The position numbers and the translations under genes are program-made. Of a stretch of DNA of 64,000 nt, positions 1 to 11,965 are shown one piece after another (the first letter of the stretch is position 1; every line of letters begins with the position of its first letter). The DNA is from Octopus vulgaris. Its lineage: Eukaryota. The DNA is taken from positions 9,548,001 to 9,612,000 of the forward strand of contig OX597823.1 of the NCBI GenBank assembly GCA_951406725.2. The letters are read 5' to 3'. Below the pieces are notes generated by a model. It saw only the letters and a list, made by a program, of their open reading frames with translations, made no database searches and was not told the DNA's origin.

Positions 1-142
1 TCTCAGAACGTAAAAAGCTACAGTAACACCCCCCTCCTTTGTGGTTAGCCATATTGAGATGGCTATTATACTTAACATTTCTAAAAATGCTTATATAGTT
101 ATTTCCCTTACAAACCCGAGCAACGCCGCGCGATACTGCTAG
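1..142 (+). mobile_element. Non-autonomous Helitron, 3' end (cut by window edge)
   Basis: Subterminal GC hairpin (CCCGAGCAACGCCGCG) then CTAG|T; collinear with the complete copy at 13893-14286. Confidence 0.85.
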
Positions 143-289
143 TCTTTTATACAATATCTTCCTCGACAAAAACGTAGATCACTTGTGCTTGTATGAATCC
201 TTATTTTGCAATCCCACTAAAAGCGCATACACTCTGTATTCAATAAGTTATTGTTTATAAAGTCACAATTGTTAAGAGTAAAATCAAAG

Positions 290-1100
290 AAACCGACTCA
301 CATGCTCTAACGGAACTTAAGCATCCAAAGCTATCCGTGTGAACTGTCTTTCGTATTAAAAGAAATGTTGATCATTGTTCATAGACACAGACTTGGTTAC
401 AACTCTATGGAATTAGTTTATAGTGTACAGTTGAGGCATGGTGGGGAAACAGTTGTAAGATATCTGATGTATTTGTTCAACCTCGTTTGATAGTAGGATG
501 AGCTAAAAGTTAACTGGAGTCATGCAATGGTGCTTCTACAACACAAGAAAGGTAATCATGCGGACTATAACTGTTGGGTCATTTCACTGTTGTCCATGCC
601 TAGCAAAGGGTTTAAAGGAGATTGATGCTGCGTTGAGAGAGGAGCCAGGTTTTCCGGATTGCAAGTTCTGTGTGGAACTGTTGTAGATGTTGCTGAAAAT
701 AATTGAGCAAAGCAGAGAGCAAAGAGATGGATGAATACAAGTATCTGGGTATTTTGGAGTACAACAAAATGAAGGAGAATGAGTTGAAGTAAAGCTCCAA
801 GTAAGAATATCTAAGGAGAACCAAATTAATTATGGAAAGTACACTCAATGGAAAGAACAATATCAGGGCAATGAATACATGGCCTATCATCTGTGATATA
901 ACGCAGGTGTTGGTAAATGGACAAAAAACTAACTTGAAGAACTGGATAAGAAAAACAGGAAAGTGATGACAGTGAACAAGAAACTGCATCCTAAAAGAGA
1001 TATCGATAGATTGAATGTGCTTAGAAACAAGAGAGAAAGAGGTTTCATAGAATGAAAGCATGTGTTGTCAATGAGGAAAGCAATCTGGAGTCAGGGTGAC
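290..1100 (+). pseudogene. Decayed R4/Dong-type non-LTR retrotransposon, RT/thumb region
   Basis: Broken + frames read YKYLGILE, EYLRRTKLIMESTLNGKNNIRAMNTW and HPKRDIDRL..R..RG, typical post-RT motifs of R4/Dong elements; many stops. Confidence 0.7.
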
Positions 1101-1415
1101 TTATATCAGTGAAGGCGAGAACAGCAGTGGCAATGGAATAGTAATGTTACTATAGTCGTCATATACACAGGACGCTACATACATACTTTCGTAAATACAT
1201 AGATACATGACACACACATACACAGATGGGGTGAGGAATACGTAGCTTTAAGTTACGAGGGATAGGTGCCACTTCTGGTGTCAATCGGTAAGAAATACTC
1301 ACACACAGATATATATATATATATATATAAATATACATACATGCATACATACTTACATATGTCTACTATGCATTATTTTAAACTCGTGATCACCTATGTA
1401 TACATTTTTATATAT

Positions 1416-1716
1416 GGAGGCACATGACCTAGTGGTTAGAGTAGCGGATTCGTGGTTGAGGGATCGCGGGTTCGAATCTCAGATCGGGTGATGTGTGTGC
1501 TTATGAGCGAAACACCTAAGCTCTACACGTTTCCGGCAGAAGGTAATGTCGAAATTCTGCTGACTCTTTTAGCACAACTTTCTCTCACTCTTTCCCCCTG
1601 CATCTTGCAGCTCACCTGCGACGGACCGGCGTCCTGTCAAGGTGGGGAACCTATACGCCAAGGAAACTGGGAAACCGGCCCTATGAGCCAAGCTTGCACG
1701 AGAAGGAGCAAACATT
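1416..1716 (+). mobile_element. tRNA-derived SINE (family C variant)
   Basis: tRNA-like head with A box (TGACCTAGTGG) and B box (GGTTCGAATC); head shared with copies at 10.6, 21.2 and 47.4 kb. Confidence 0.8.
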
Positions 1717-1735
1717 TGTAAATGAGTGTGTGTAT

Positions 1736-1774
<39 letters not shown>

Positions 1775-2519
1775 TGTGTCACACCCTATAACTGTCTAAC
1801 CCGATACTTTTTAAGGGTCCGTCATGTTGCTGTCATATATTGTGAGATTTTTAAATTACGTCAAATTCCAAATTTTGTACATTGAAATAAGTTTTCACGT
1901 TTAATCCGATCTTGTTATCCATTTGTTCCAGAAAAGTTACAGAAAAATGTTACTGAGGCTTAACGTGTAATCAACTTTACGTAATCACGAAACAGGATTT
2001 GGACGTTGGTAGTTTCTGCATGATAGCTGTCTATCACGTAATGAAAGCAAAATCATTAGAAGGAAGAACTTTTATTAAACAAACGAAAGCAAAGCATTAC
2101 GACTACCAAAGTTGGGAGAACTTCTGAAGTTTTAATGAATAACGTCAAGTGAAACGATCAAACAGACATGTAAATAATTTAAACAGAAAGAAAATCCTCA
2201 GTGAAGTTTTTTGGCGAAGAATTTCACAAATCTGTCCTGATTAAGTGGCATAGTTGTCGGGAAAGACATGCCCTGACATGGAATAAATAAAAAATTGTAT
2301 AAGAGATTCTCTTGTAAAAATTGCCTGGCAACGATGAGCTGTTTAGATAGTCCCAAATAAATTCAAAAGATTGTCTTGACTTGTACCTCCATCAACTTTA
2401 TTAAAACTATCAAATTAAACGCTTCTGATTTGCTGGATTATTTGAATGTATTTTTGTAACGCTCTTACCATTTTCCCTGCCGTAGCTTTCAGTTATTACA
2501 TTTAACCTTCAAGAAAGAA

Positions 2520-2900
2520 AATAATAGATCAGACATAACAATTATAGATAAGGAAAAGCAAACTTGCTTACTAATCGACCAATCATGACCGTTTGATTAC
2601 ATTTTTGGAAAAGAAGTGGAGGAAAAAATACATTCCCTTAAAATTAGGAAGAAAAATACAATCCCTTAAAATAGGAAGAACTTGTAGTATGAGAGCTGTA
2701 AAGGTCGTGCCTATAAAAATTGTTGTGTTGGGAACAGAAAGCAAAGATGTAGTCAAATGGCTGAAGGAGATTGGAATAGAATGCCCCGCAGAGCTCCTAC
2801 AGAAAGTGTGTCTCTTAGGGACAGCAAAAGTTATCAGGAGGGTTCTAAGCACTTGAAAGACTACTGAAAACTTGTGGATAAGTACGTTGTGGATACCTAA
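2520..2900 (+). pseudogene. R4/Dong-type LINE, C-terminal REL endonuclease fragment
   Basis: RSDITIIDKEKQTCLLID and VVPIKIVVLGT...LQKVCLLGTAKVIRRVLS, homologous to the 4.1 and 37 kb fragments. Confidence 0.8.
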
Positions 2901-3345
2901 ATAGTAACTTGCTACCCACATAAATCGTAGAAGGTGTAGGATCGAACCTGCGTCAAACCATATTATTTTGGTTCTCATATTACAGTTCTCATACTACAAG
3001 TTCTTATTTCCAAATTTAAGGGACTGTATTTTTCCTCCTCTTTCTTTACGATCATAGATTGGTCATGATTTCAAACAGTCATGATTGGTCGATTAGTAAG
3101 CAAGTTTGCTTTTCCTTATCTATAGTTCCGTTATTTGCAAAAGGCCTGAAGATTGTGTGGATATGGGTGGTCCTCATCTGGTCCTTATTTCATCATTCAC
3201 GAGAGGATGAAGTATAATGTCGACATCGGCGGAATTTGAATTCAGTATGTAAGCGCAAAGGACATGTTGTTTTGCATTTTGTGCGGTGTGTTAACAATCC
3301 CATCAACTCAGAAAAAATTATATCATTTTATTATTATTATTATTA

Positions 3346-3902
3346 TTGAGTGAGAGAGTAGTGCATGCCATCAAACTGACACTAGGGTAAAATATACAAA
3401 TCCCAGTATACCCATCATGAATACCCGTCTGATAAGGGTACACTAGGCACATGCATCTCAAACATATGTGCGCGATATGGTTATCTCATATCAAGATAAA
3501 CAGCAGATGACCTTGTAGGTGGGGCCCAGTTAGAATTTTCTTCTGGTCGAGTAACTCATCCTGCTCAAAAGGTCCCTGAATAAGGGTTCCTTAAGGATGT
3601 TGAAAGAACCACCCATGTTTCAAGAAGGGAAATATTCAAACCACAAAGAATCCCTCTCAACACATGGCTCTGATGCTCCCCCGATACTTCTGCTCGTGAT
3701 CAGAGATGCACATATCGTCAGCAACTAAGGGACATGCTCAACTGGTTAAGGCCAAACAACTGACAAGCAAATCTGTGGTATTGAGCAGAATATTTGCTGT
3801 AGCCCATCTTTTATACCAAGACAAAACAACGTACATGATAACACTTCCAATCAGTTAAGATCAGAAGCCATGAGAGCCACTGCCTGGTACTGCATCAGGG
3901 CA
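3346..3902. mobile_element. Unclassified ~560-bp insert within (ATT)n, possibly a non-coding part of a TAA-targeting LINE
   Basis: More GC-rich block with (ATT)n on both sides; no ORF; single copy in the window. Confidence 0.35.
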
Positions 3903-3909
3903 TTTATTA

Positions 3910-3982
<73 letters not shown>

Positions 3983-4342
3983 CATTATTATTATTATTAT
4001 TTAGTAGTTTTATTTTTATAGCGTGCTTTCACTTCACTACCGAGCGCAGCTGTGTGTGCCTTGGGTATGTGCTGTGATTTGTTGTGATGCTCTGATGTTT
4101 ATTGTATGGAAAGTGTTCTGCGTAGGATGTGTGCAGTGCCTAGTAGTGCAATTTTCTGTATGTTATATGTGTTTGTAAGTCCTGGTGTTTTTGTTATGTA
4201 TTTGTCTGAATATTTTTTTATCATGCCTAATGGACCTACTATGATAGGAATTGTTTCTGTTTTCAGATTCCACATTCTAGTTACCTCTATTTCCAGGTCT
4301 TTGTATTTTGAGAGTTTCTCCATTTTATTTAGAGACACGTTG

Positions 4343-4424
<82 letters not shown>

Positions 4425-4453
4425 CATTATTATTATTATTATTATTATCATCA

Positions 4454-4538
<85 letters not shown>

Positions 4539-4639
4539 AATTATCATTATTATTATTATTATTATTATCATTATTACTATTATTATTGTTTTTGTTATTG
4601 TTATTATTATTATTATTATTATTATCATCATTATTATTA

Positions 4640-4723
<84 letters not shown>

Positions 4724-4763
4724 TAATTATCATTATTATTATTATTATTATTATCATTATTAC

Positions 4764-4836
<73 letters not shown>
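3903..4836. repeat. (TTA)n microsatellite, interrupted by a LINE fragment
   Basis: Direct reading; source of the poly-N/I/L/Y ORFs. Confidence 0.97.
4001..4346 (-). mobile_element. 5'-truncated R4/Dong-type LINE 3' end inserted in (TAA)n
   Basis: DNVSLNKMEKLSKYKDLEIEVTRMW...IPIIVGPLG...IQKIALLGTAHILRRTLSIQ* plus 3' UTR; near-identical to 36830-37175. Confidence 0.9.
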
Positions 4837-5366
4837 ATTACTTCGAAAGCGGCATTTGTATTTGCACGTGAGTACACAAACGCACATAAACACGCGCATG
4901 CGAACATACACTCCGTTATTTAAAATCTCAGTCAGTAGCACGAATGTGTATTTGCTAGCCAACAGGTTCACTAGAAATGCTGCGTATTATCACCTCGTTA
5001 AGTTTCTCAGATTGTTTGAGTACTTATAGAAATTCTATTCACAACATTGTCAGTGACACACGTAGATGGAGATTAATGGAGCTCGTAATACTTGGAATAA
5101 TCTAATTATACATTACATTTACTGCATTAATTAGCATTCTGTGCTAGACAAAGCTAAATCATCTGCCTCGCACCTGCACAGAATCGTATCTATGTATTTT
5201 TCTATCCATGCCTTTCATTTATTTTTTTCTTTCTTTCTTTCGCTTCATATCTCTTTCAACACATGTGTTATTTACACACGCATGTATATAAATAAGCAAG
5301 CAAGAACGAGCATGGTTCATATACTACCAAAAAAAAAAAAAAAAAAACACTCATTCATCACATACT

Positions 5367-5439
5367 GGCCGCGTAGCCTAATGGATAAGGCGTCTGACTT
5401 CGAATCAGAAGATTGCGAGTTCGAGTCTCGTCGTGGTCA
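5367..5439 (+). tRNA. trnR-UCG: tRNA-Arg, anticodon TCG (gene or retroposed copy)
   Basis: 73-nt cloverleaf: acceptor GGCCGCG/CGTGGTC, D stem GCCT/AGGC, anticodon stem TCTGA/TCAGA with loop CT-TCG-AA (5400-5402), T stem GCGAG/CTCGT with TTCGAGT loop. Confidence 0.9.
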
Positions 5440-5689
5440 AGTTATTTCTTTAAATGGCGGTGCCCCAGCATGGCCACAGCTCGTGAGCCGAAACTAGATA
5501 AAATAAAAATAAAATAAAAATAAATAAATACGTATATGTGTGTATTCACATGGACAGAGAAAAAATGTATATGTTGTTCTATTTAGGTACATACAAATAC
5601 ATAAGTAAAAACGAATGCATGTATGTATATATACGTATGTATATATACGTATGTATATGAATGTAAGTGTATGTATAAATATGTATGTA

Positions 5690-6090
5690 GGCGTAGAAGT
5701 GGCTGTGTGGTAAGTAGCTTGCTTACCAAGCACATGGTTTCGGGTTCAGTCCCACTGCGTGGTACCTTGGGCAAGTGTCTTCTAATATAGCCTCGGGCCA
5801 ACCAAAGCCTTGTGAGTGGATTTGGTAGACGGAAACTGAAAGAAGCCTGTCGTATATATATATATGTATGTATGTGTGTGTGTTTGTATGTCTGTGTTTG
5901 TCCCCCTAGCATTGCTTGACAACCGATGCTGGTGTGTTTACTTCCCCGTCACTTAGCGGTTTGGCAAAAGAGACCGATAGAATAAGTACTGGGATTACAA
6001 AGAATAAGTCCCGGGGTCGATTTGCTCGACTAAAGGCGGTGCTCCAGCATGGCCGCAGTCAAATGACAGAAACAAGTAAAAAAAAAAAAG
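5690..6090 (+). mobile_element. SINE family A, full length
   Basis: tRNA-like head (GGCTGTGTGG...GGTTCAGTCCC), internal (TA)/(TG) tract, 3' tail GGCGGTGCTCCAGCATGGCCGCAGTCAAATGAC; more than 10 copies in window. Confidence 0.9.
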
Positions 6091-6897
6091 ATAGAGGTTG
6101 ATAGATAGACAGAGTTCTTATTTCTTCTCAGTACTTGTCCGTATGTGCCCAGTATCTTCCGATCCACCTCTCCGTCTGCTTAGTCGTGAAGCTTTCTATC
6201 ATACAAGAATGAGTATCAGATGTGGCGTACATATTTTCAGTTCATCTATAGCATAAACAAATGTGTAAGCGGTATGGCCTCCGGTGTTGTATCCAGATTT
6301 TAATTCGGGCTTATATTAATCAACACCACTTGCAGTTATTTAATTAATGTGCCATGCATTAATCAAAACCCTTCGGGACGTTTAAACTCGGAACAGTGAT
6401 TAAATTAACTAGTTTAACTATTAATCATTGCCGCTGACTTCAAGGCTTCGTAGATGACTCAATTAACAATGTCAGCCAACGCATCCGGGTATTTCACACC
6501 GATTAACGCGTGAAACGTGGATACTGATAATATTCATTGCCAAGCCCCTCGGAAGCTGCTATTCTTGGTTAGTCTATATGGGCTTCAGCGTAAGTATTAT
6601 GCAAAAAGTGTCCAATGAGGTAATTCGAATGCAATTTCATTCAGTCAGTCATGCGTATAGTAAGAAAAGCCAACGGCTTGCAGTGCGCTGTCTGTGACAG
6701 CCGGTATTTCTGCCAGTCATGTAATTATCCGGGTACCGACCATGAGAGTGCGGAAGTTTGATGAGATTCTAAAACTGTAGTTAAGAGTAAATGATGGAAG
6801 TTAATGGTTTTGCTATTAGGGATGATATTAGGACACTGGTCTTAGGGTGAGATATGTAGCACGTCATTAACCGTCGTTGCGAATGTATCTATGAGGT

Positions 6898-6917
6898 ATA
6901 TGATGATGAAAATGTTG

Positions 6918-6961
<44 letters not shown>

Positions 6962-7002
6962 GCTGGTGCTGGTGATGATGATGATGATAATGGTGTTGGT
7001 GG

Positions 7003-7037
<35 letters not shown>

Positions 7038-7043
7038 TTGATG

Positions 7044-7074
<31 letters not shown>

Positions 7075-7170
7075 TGATGAAGATGATGGTGGTGGTGGTG
7101 GTGGTGGTGATAGTGGTAATGTTGTTGGTGTTGGTGGTGTTGGTAGTGACCGTGACGATAGTGATTACAA
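6898..7170. repeat. (GAT)n/(GGT)n microsatellite
   Basis: Direct reading; explains the poly-His and poly-Met ORFs. Confidence 0.95.
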
Positions 7171-7722
7171 TGTCGGCCACAACAGCGGAAACCATATTGA
7201 CAATGACGGTGAAATATTTTTTTCAAATGAAAATAGCATATCAATGAAAAAAGTCGAACAAAGAATTATATAGCCGAAATAAATATATACAAAAGGAAAA
7301 AAAAAGAGTATATGCAGAGAATAATGCTGATACCTACAGGAGCATGAATAGCCGAAAATCGCACATCGCATGGTTGACATGAAGTATTTTCAAGTGAAAC
7401 TGCTATATACGTAAAAGGACAAAAATATGTTTCAAATGACAGAACACAGTCAATGAACTACAGAAAGATCAGTTCGACTTCATAGTATTAGTGTTGATAT
7501 GCGGTATGAATATCACATTGTCTGATATGGTCCTAGGGACGTTATATTTGAAAATATAATCACGACTGAGATGGCTATATTCATGAGATGGCTATATTCA
7601 CGACTGAGATGGCTATAGTCATTGTGTGAGCTTAGCAGTGTGGTTACTTCGTTAAACTGAACTCTATGTGAATTCTTCCTACCTTGAAACCACTGGCGCT
7701 CTCTCACACGCTATTTTTTGAA

Positions 7723-7953
7723 GGCGGCGAGCTGGCAGAAACGTTAGCACGCCGGGCGAAATGCGTAGCCGTATTTCGTCTGCCGCTACGTTCTGAGTTC
7801 AAATTCCGCCGAGATCGACTTTGCCTTTCATCCTTTCGGGTCGATAAATAAAAAGTACCAGTTACGCACTGGGGTAGGTGTAATCGACTTAATCCCTTTG
7901 TCTGTCCTTGTTTGTCCCCTCTGTGTTTAGCCCCTTGTGGGTAGTAAAGAAAT
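7723..7953 (+). mobile_element. SINE family B
   Basis: GGCGGCGAGCTGGCAGAA head, B-box-like GAGTTCAAATTCC, tail TAAAGAAATA; near-identical copies at 19.1, 28.5, 33.3 and 46.9 kb. Confidence 0.9.
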
Positions 7954-8162
7954 ATATATTCATAGGTGTTTTGGATCAAGATTGAATCAGGACTGAACAA
8001 CATAGAAATATTAACAGCAATTATTTATTTGGAACATATATGATGAAACACGTAAAAGGCAATACATTTTGTCTGAGTATATAAGTTGATTGGGTGATTA
8101 CAAATAGTTTTCCTAGCGTGTTTTTGGTTGTTTTGAAATAGAAGGAAACGAGACGTCATACT

Positions 8163-8546
8163 CTCTCTTTTACTCTTTTACTTGTTTCAGTCATTTGACT
8201 GCGGCCATGCTGGAGCACCGCCTTTAGTCGAGCAACTCGACCCCGGGACTTATTTTTCGGTCTCTTTTTGCCGAACCGCAAAGTGACGGGGACGTAAACA
8301 CACCAGCATCGGTTGTCAAGCAATGCTAGGGGAACAAACACAGACACACAAACTCACACACATACATATATATACATATATACGACAGGCTTCTTTCAGT
8401 TTCCGTCTACCAAATCCACTCACAATGCATTGGTCGGCCCGGGGCTATAGCAGAAGTCACTTGCCCAAGATGCCACGCAGTGGGATTGAACCCGGAACCA
8501 TGTGGTTGGTTAGCAAGCTACTTACCACACAGCCACTCCTGCGCCT
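8163..8546 (-). mobile_element. SINE family A
   Basis: Reverse complement of 5690-6090 with a small internal deletion. Confidence 0.9.
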
Positions 8547-9499
8547 ATGTGTATATTTGCAACTGAAATCATAAAAATGTAAAACAAGATTCGAATGGTG
8601 TTCAATAACTCGACGTATCATAAAGTATGGGATAATAAAGAAATATACTGAAAGAAAAAGATAACAAGTCGAGCAATATCTGATCTAATATACAGTTACT
8701 GCTGATGTGGAAACTACTCACAAGAACGATAGCTATTGAGATATACGCATTTATGGAAATGGAGCATCTAATTTCTCAGAAATAGAATTGATGAAAGAGA
8801 TCACAGAGAAAAAAATGATCGATTTATATAGCTAAAGTGAAAGACATTTGCTTGGTGTGTTAGTGGAGGCAACACCACAAGCCTTTAAGATATGCCGGTT
8901 TCATTTGATTTTAATATATTTCTTAAAAAACAGCCTTTTCTTTTCATGAGATTTTGTTGGTTTCCGTGGCTGATACAAGCCGGATTTTGGGAACATTCTC
9001 GGAGATGCGGCTGTTCGTGTCCTTAAAAATGTAGTGTAGCTCTGATATTTCGGAAAACCATTTTTGTTATTATTGGCTCTACTGCGTGATCTCTTTCAGC
9101 TTTCCTAGGAGAAATCCCTTAAACGGCCCTTCTGTAACCCATGTAAATATTGACTTTACTTTTTTGCCCAGAAAAACTCATGGCTTTCCCCCCAGCACAT
9201 CGAACGAGGCATTTCTCTCTTTCCGTCTCTCCATCTTTCTCTCTCTCTCTCTCTCTGTCTCATAGGTCTGGTGTTTACGAGAAGCATTAGGACTTGTAAT
9301 CCCTCGGAGCCCAATATCATCCTAGCTAGAGGTACACTTAACACATATTCGCACTGCTATACATACAAGACGAAAAGGAAAGAATTAACTTTATTTGTAA
9401 TATGCTTGGTTGTACCCCAGCACTGTGACAGTGTGTGACGTAAGAACAAGCGTATCCATCTTGTTCTTAATTTTAAACTAATTCATTGAAAACTAATGC

Positions 9500-9945
9500 A
9501 TAATCGTAATCCCGAGTAACAGAAATGATATCTTGATCAACAGAGGAGAAGGCGGCGGGACATTATCAAACTTCTTTCGTGGATAATAAATAACTCTCCA
9601 TTATATGGTATACAGAGATGTATTTCATATACTTGTATGTATTGTAGGAAGAAATGCGCTGTGCTTCATACGATATTTTATCTCCTCTAATCCTCAGCAT
9701 AACAATGGCCACATTTAGATATCTGCTGAAGGAAATCGCCATTTGCTATTAATGCTATTGTCAGTCTCTGAACGGACTCCGAGATATGGACGATCATAAT
9801 ATATTTACATGATAGAAAAACGCCTACTAGAACACAGTAATGTCGTTTATAATTCCACCAAGACACAAAAATGACCGAATGAATGGTGCCCCAGCATGGC
9901 CGCGGCCTTCGGGCTAAAACATTTTTACGGATTTAAGGATTTAGG
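9500..9945 (+). mobile_element. Probable very decayed CR1-group LINE 3' end
   Basis: Ends in TGGTGCCCCAGCATGGCCGCGGCCTTCGGGCT plus short (GGATTTA) repeats; faint coding remnants upstream (RRRRDII). Confidence 0.4.
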
Positions 9946-10134
9946 ACGAAACTACAATTCGTGGAGGCAAAATGATTAAGACTGAAAACATTAAATTAGT
10001 GACAATGTAGTGGGGGCTAAAAATGCTTGATCAGATCCACTTAAACAAATATGAAAATAAATGAGTCAATATGTCAGCCATGAGTTTACAGGAACATTAT
10101 GTGAGAAGTGATTTTCATTTCCACGGACTGTGCT

Positions 10135-10360
10135 TTTATTCTTTTACTTGTTTCAGTCCTTTGACTGCAGCCATGCTGGAGCACCGCCTTTAGTGGAACA
10201 AATCGACCCCAGGACTTATTCTTTGTAAGCCTAGTACTTATTCTATCGGTCTCTTTTGCCGAACGGCTAATTTACGGGAACGCAAACACACCAAATCGTT
10301 TGTCAAGCAATGGTGATGTTGGTGGTGGAGGGACAATTACCGGCACACAAATACATACAT
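10135..10360 (-). mobile_element. SINE family A, 3' half
   Basis: Matches the family A tail. Confidence 0.85.
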
Positions 10361-10371
10361 ACATAGACACC

Positions 10372-10374
<3 letters not shown>

Positions 10375-10424
<50 letters not shown>

Positions 10425-10426
10425 CG

Positions 10427-10525
<99 letters not shown>

Positions 10526-10530
10526 CAGAC

Positions 10531-10562
<32 letters not shown>

Positions 10563-10597
10563 GGATAGATAGATAGATAGATAGATAGATATAGATA
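10375..10597. repeat. (TA)n-(GA)n-(GATA)n compound microsatellite
   Basis: Direct reading. Confidence 0.97.
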
Positions 10598-10950
10598 TCA
10601 TGGCACTCCGACGGTTACGACGATGAGGGTTCCGGTTGATCAGATCAATGGAACACACCACTCTTAAAATTAACGTGCAAGTAGCTGAGCACTCCACAGA
10701 CACATGCACCCTTAACGTAGTACTCGGGGAGATTCAGCGTGACACAGAGTGTGACAAGGCTGGCCTCTTTAAAATACAGGCACAAGAGAAACAGGAAGAA
10801 AGAGTGAGAGAAAGTTGTGGCGAAAGAATACAGCAGTGTTTGCCACCATTCCCTGCCGGAGCCTCAATAAACACTCACAACACCCGGTTTGGGAATCGAA
10901 ACCGTGATCTTATGACCGCGAGTCCTCTACCTAAGCCACTGGGCCATTGA
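10598..10950 (-). mobile_element. SINE family C
   Basis: Collinear with 47417-47805; tRNA-like head at the right end. Confidence 0.85.
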
Positions 10951-11012
<62 letters not shown>

Positions 11013-11016
<4 letters not shown>

Positions 11017-11759
11017 GGAAATAGTTTTTGAAAAAGTTTTTTTAGCTGCTATTTCTAATGAGTTCAGTATGCGGCAAAGTAATTTATTTTACTAAGCCCT
11101 TTTATATAATGTAATAATTTGAATTCGCCTTAAATGGTCCCTTTGTATACTGAATACTTGGTAAAATTGATTAATTAATTAATTTTACCCTCAATTGTTG
11201 AAATTATAATTCATCTCTCTCTATATAATGCCTCGGATTTTACCGAAAAAAGCAAAGTGTTTGCTGATTTTAACCCACGCTGGTGGAAAGGGGAGAGCAG
11301 AAATTCTTCGCTTGCATATTTGAATTTGCTGGCACTGTTAGTTTTGAGCAGATCTTCAGAAGTGATAACAAGCCGAAAGGGTATGCTCCCACTTTCAGTG
11401 TTTTCAAATCCAAACCAGGGAGTTCTGAGCTGATGATAGAAGTGTCGATTTTGACTAATCTTGAAACGTACGTTCTCAAATAACCTTTGCATTTGATTTT
11501 TTAATGTCTCTACCCCCATACTTTTGTGAGTTGAATTGAGCAAACACTATATGAGAGAGGTTTTCTTTAAGTATTGGAAATAGTTTTTGAAAAAGTTTTT
11601 TTAGCTGCTATTTCTAATGAGTTCAGTATGCGGCAAAGTAATTTATTTTACTAAGCCCTTTTATATAATGTAATAATTTGAATTCGCCTTAAATGGTCCC
11701 TTTGTATACTGAATACTTGGTAAAATTGATTAATTAATTAATTTTACCCTAAATTGTTG

Positions 11760-11763
<4 letters not shown>
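11013..11763 (+). mobile_element. Non-coding element with ~190-bp direct terminal repeats in (TA)n; Penelope pLTR/retrozyme-like
   Basis: 11016-11204 repeats at 11576-11763; hammerhead motif in between; related to 38762-40070. Confidence 0.75.
11426..11478 (+). ncRNA. Minimal type-I hammerhead ribozyme motif
   Basis: TGAG-CTGATGA-(irregular stem II)-GAAA-CGTACG-TT-CTCA; stem I TGAG/CTCA; palindromic stem III. Confidence 0.6.
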
Positions 11764-11803
<40 letters not shown>

Positions 11804-11805
11804 AT

Positions 11806-11965
11806 AGCAGGTTCTTTCAGTTTCCGTCTACCAAATCCACTCACAAGGTTCTGGTCGGCCCGAGGCTATAGTAGAAGACTCTAGCTCAAGATACCACGCA
11901 GTGGGAATGAAACCGGAACAGTGTGGTTGTGAAACAATTTTACCACACAGCCACTCCTGCGCCTA
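11806..11965 (-). mobile_element. SINE family A, 5' half
   Basis: Matches the family A head. Confidence 0.85.

Noticed and set aside
4099-4971. 290-aa Asn-rich ORF as a host gene
   Set aside because: It is (AAT)n read in frame into a truncated Dong-type LINE C-terminus
6300-6840. Cluster of TAAT/ATTA motifs as a homeodomain enhancer
   Set aside because: Expected by chance at this AT content; no independent support
6842-7247. Poly-His and poly-Met ORFs
   Set aside because: (GAT/GGT)n microsatellite open in several frames with no unique coding context
7558-7618. Three short repeats containing TGAGATGGCTAT
   Set aside because: Local microduplication without unique spacers; not CRISPR-like
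8620-9190. Possible old RTE-like coding remnants (also 12180-13100)
   Set aside because: No motif could be read with confidence by eye
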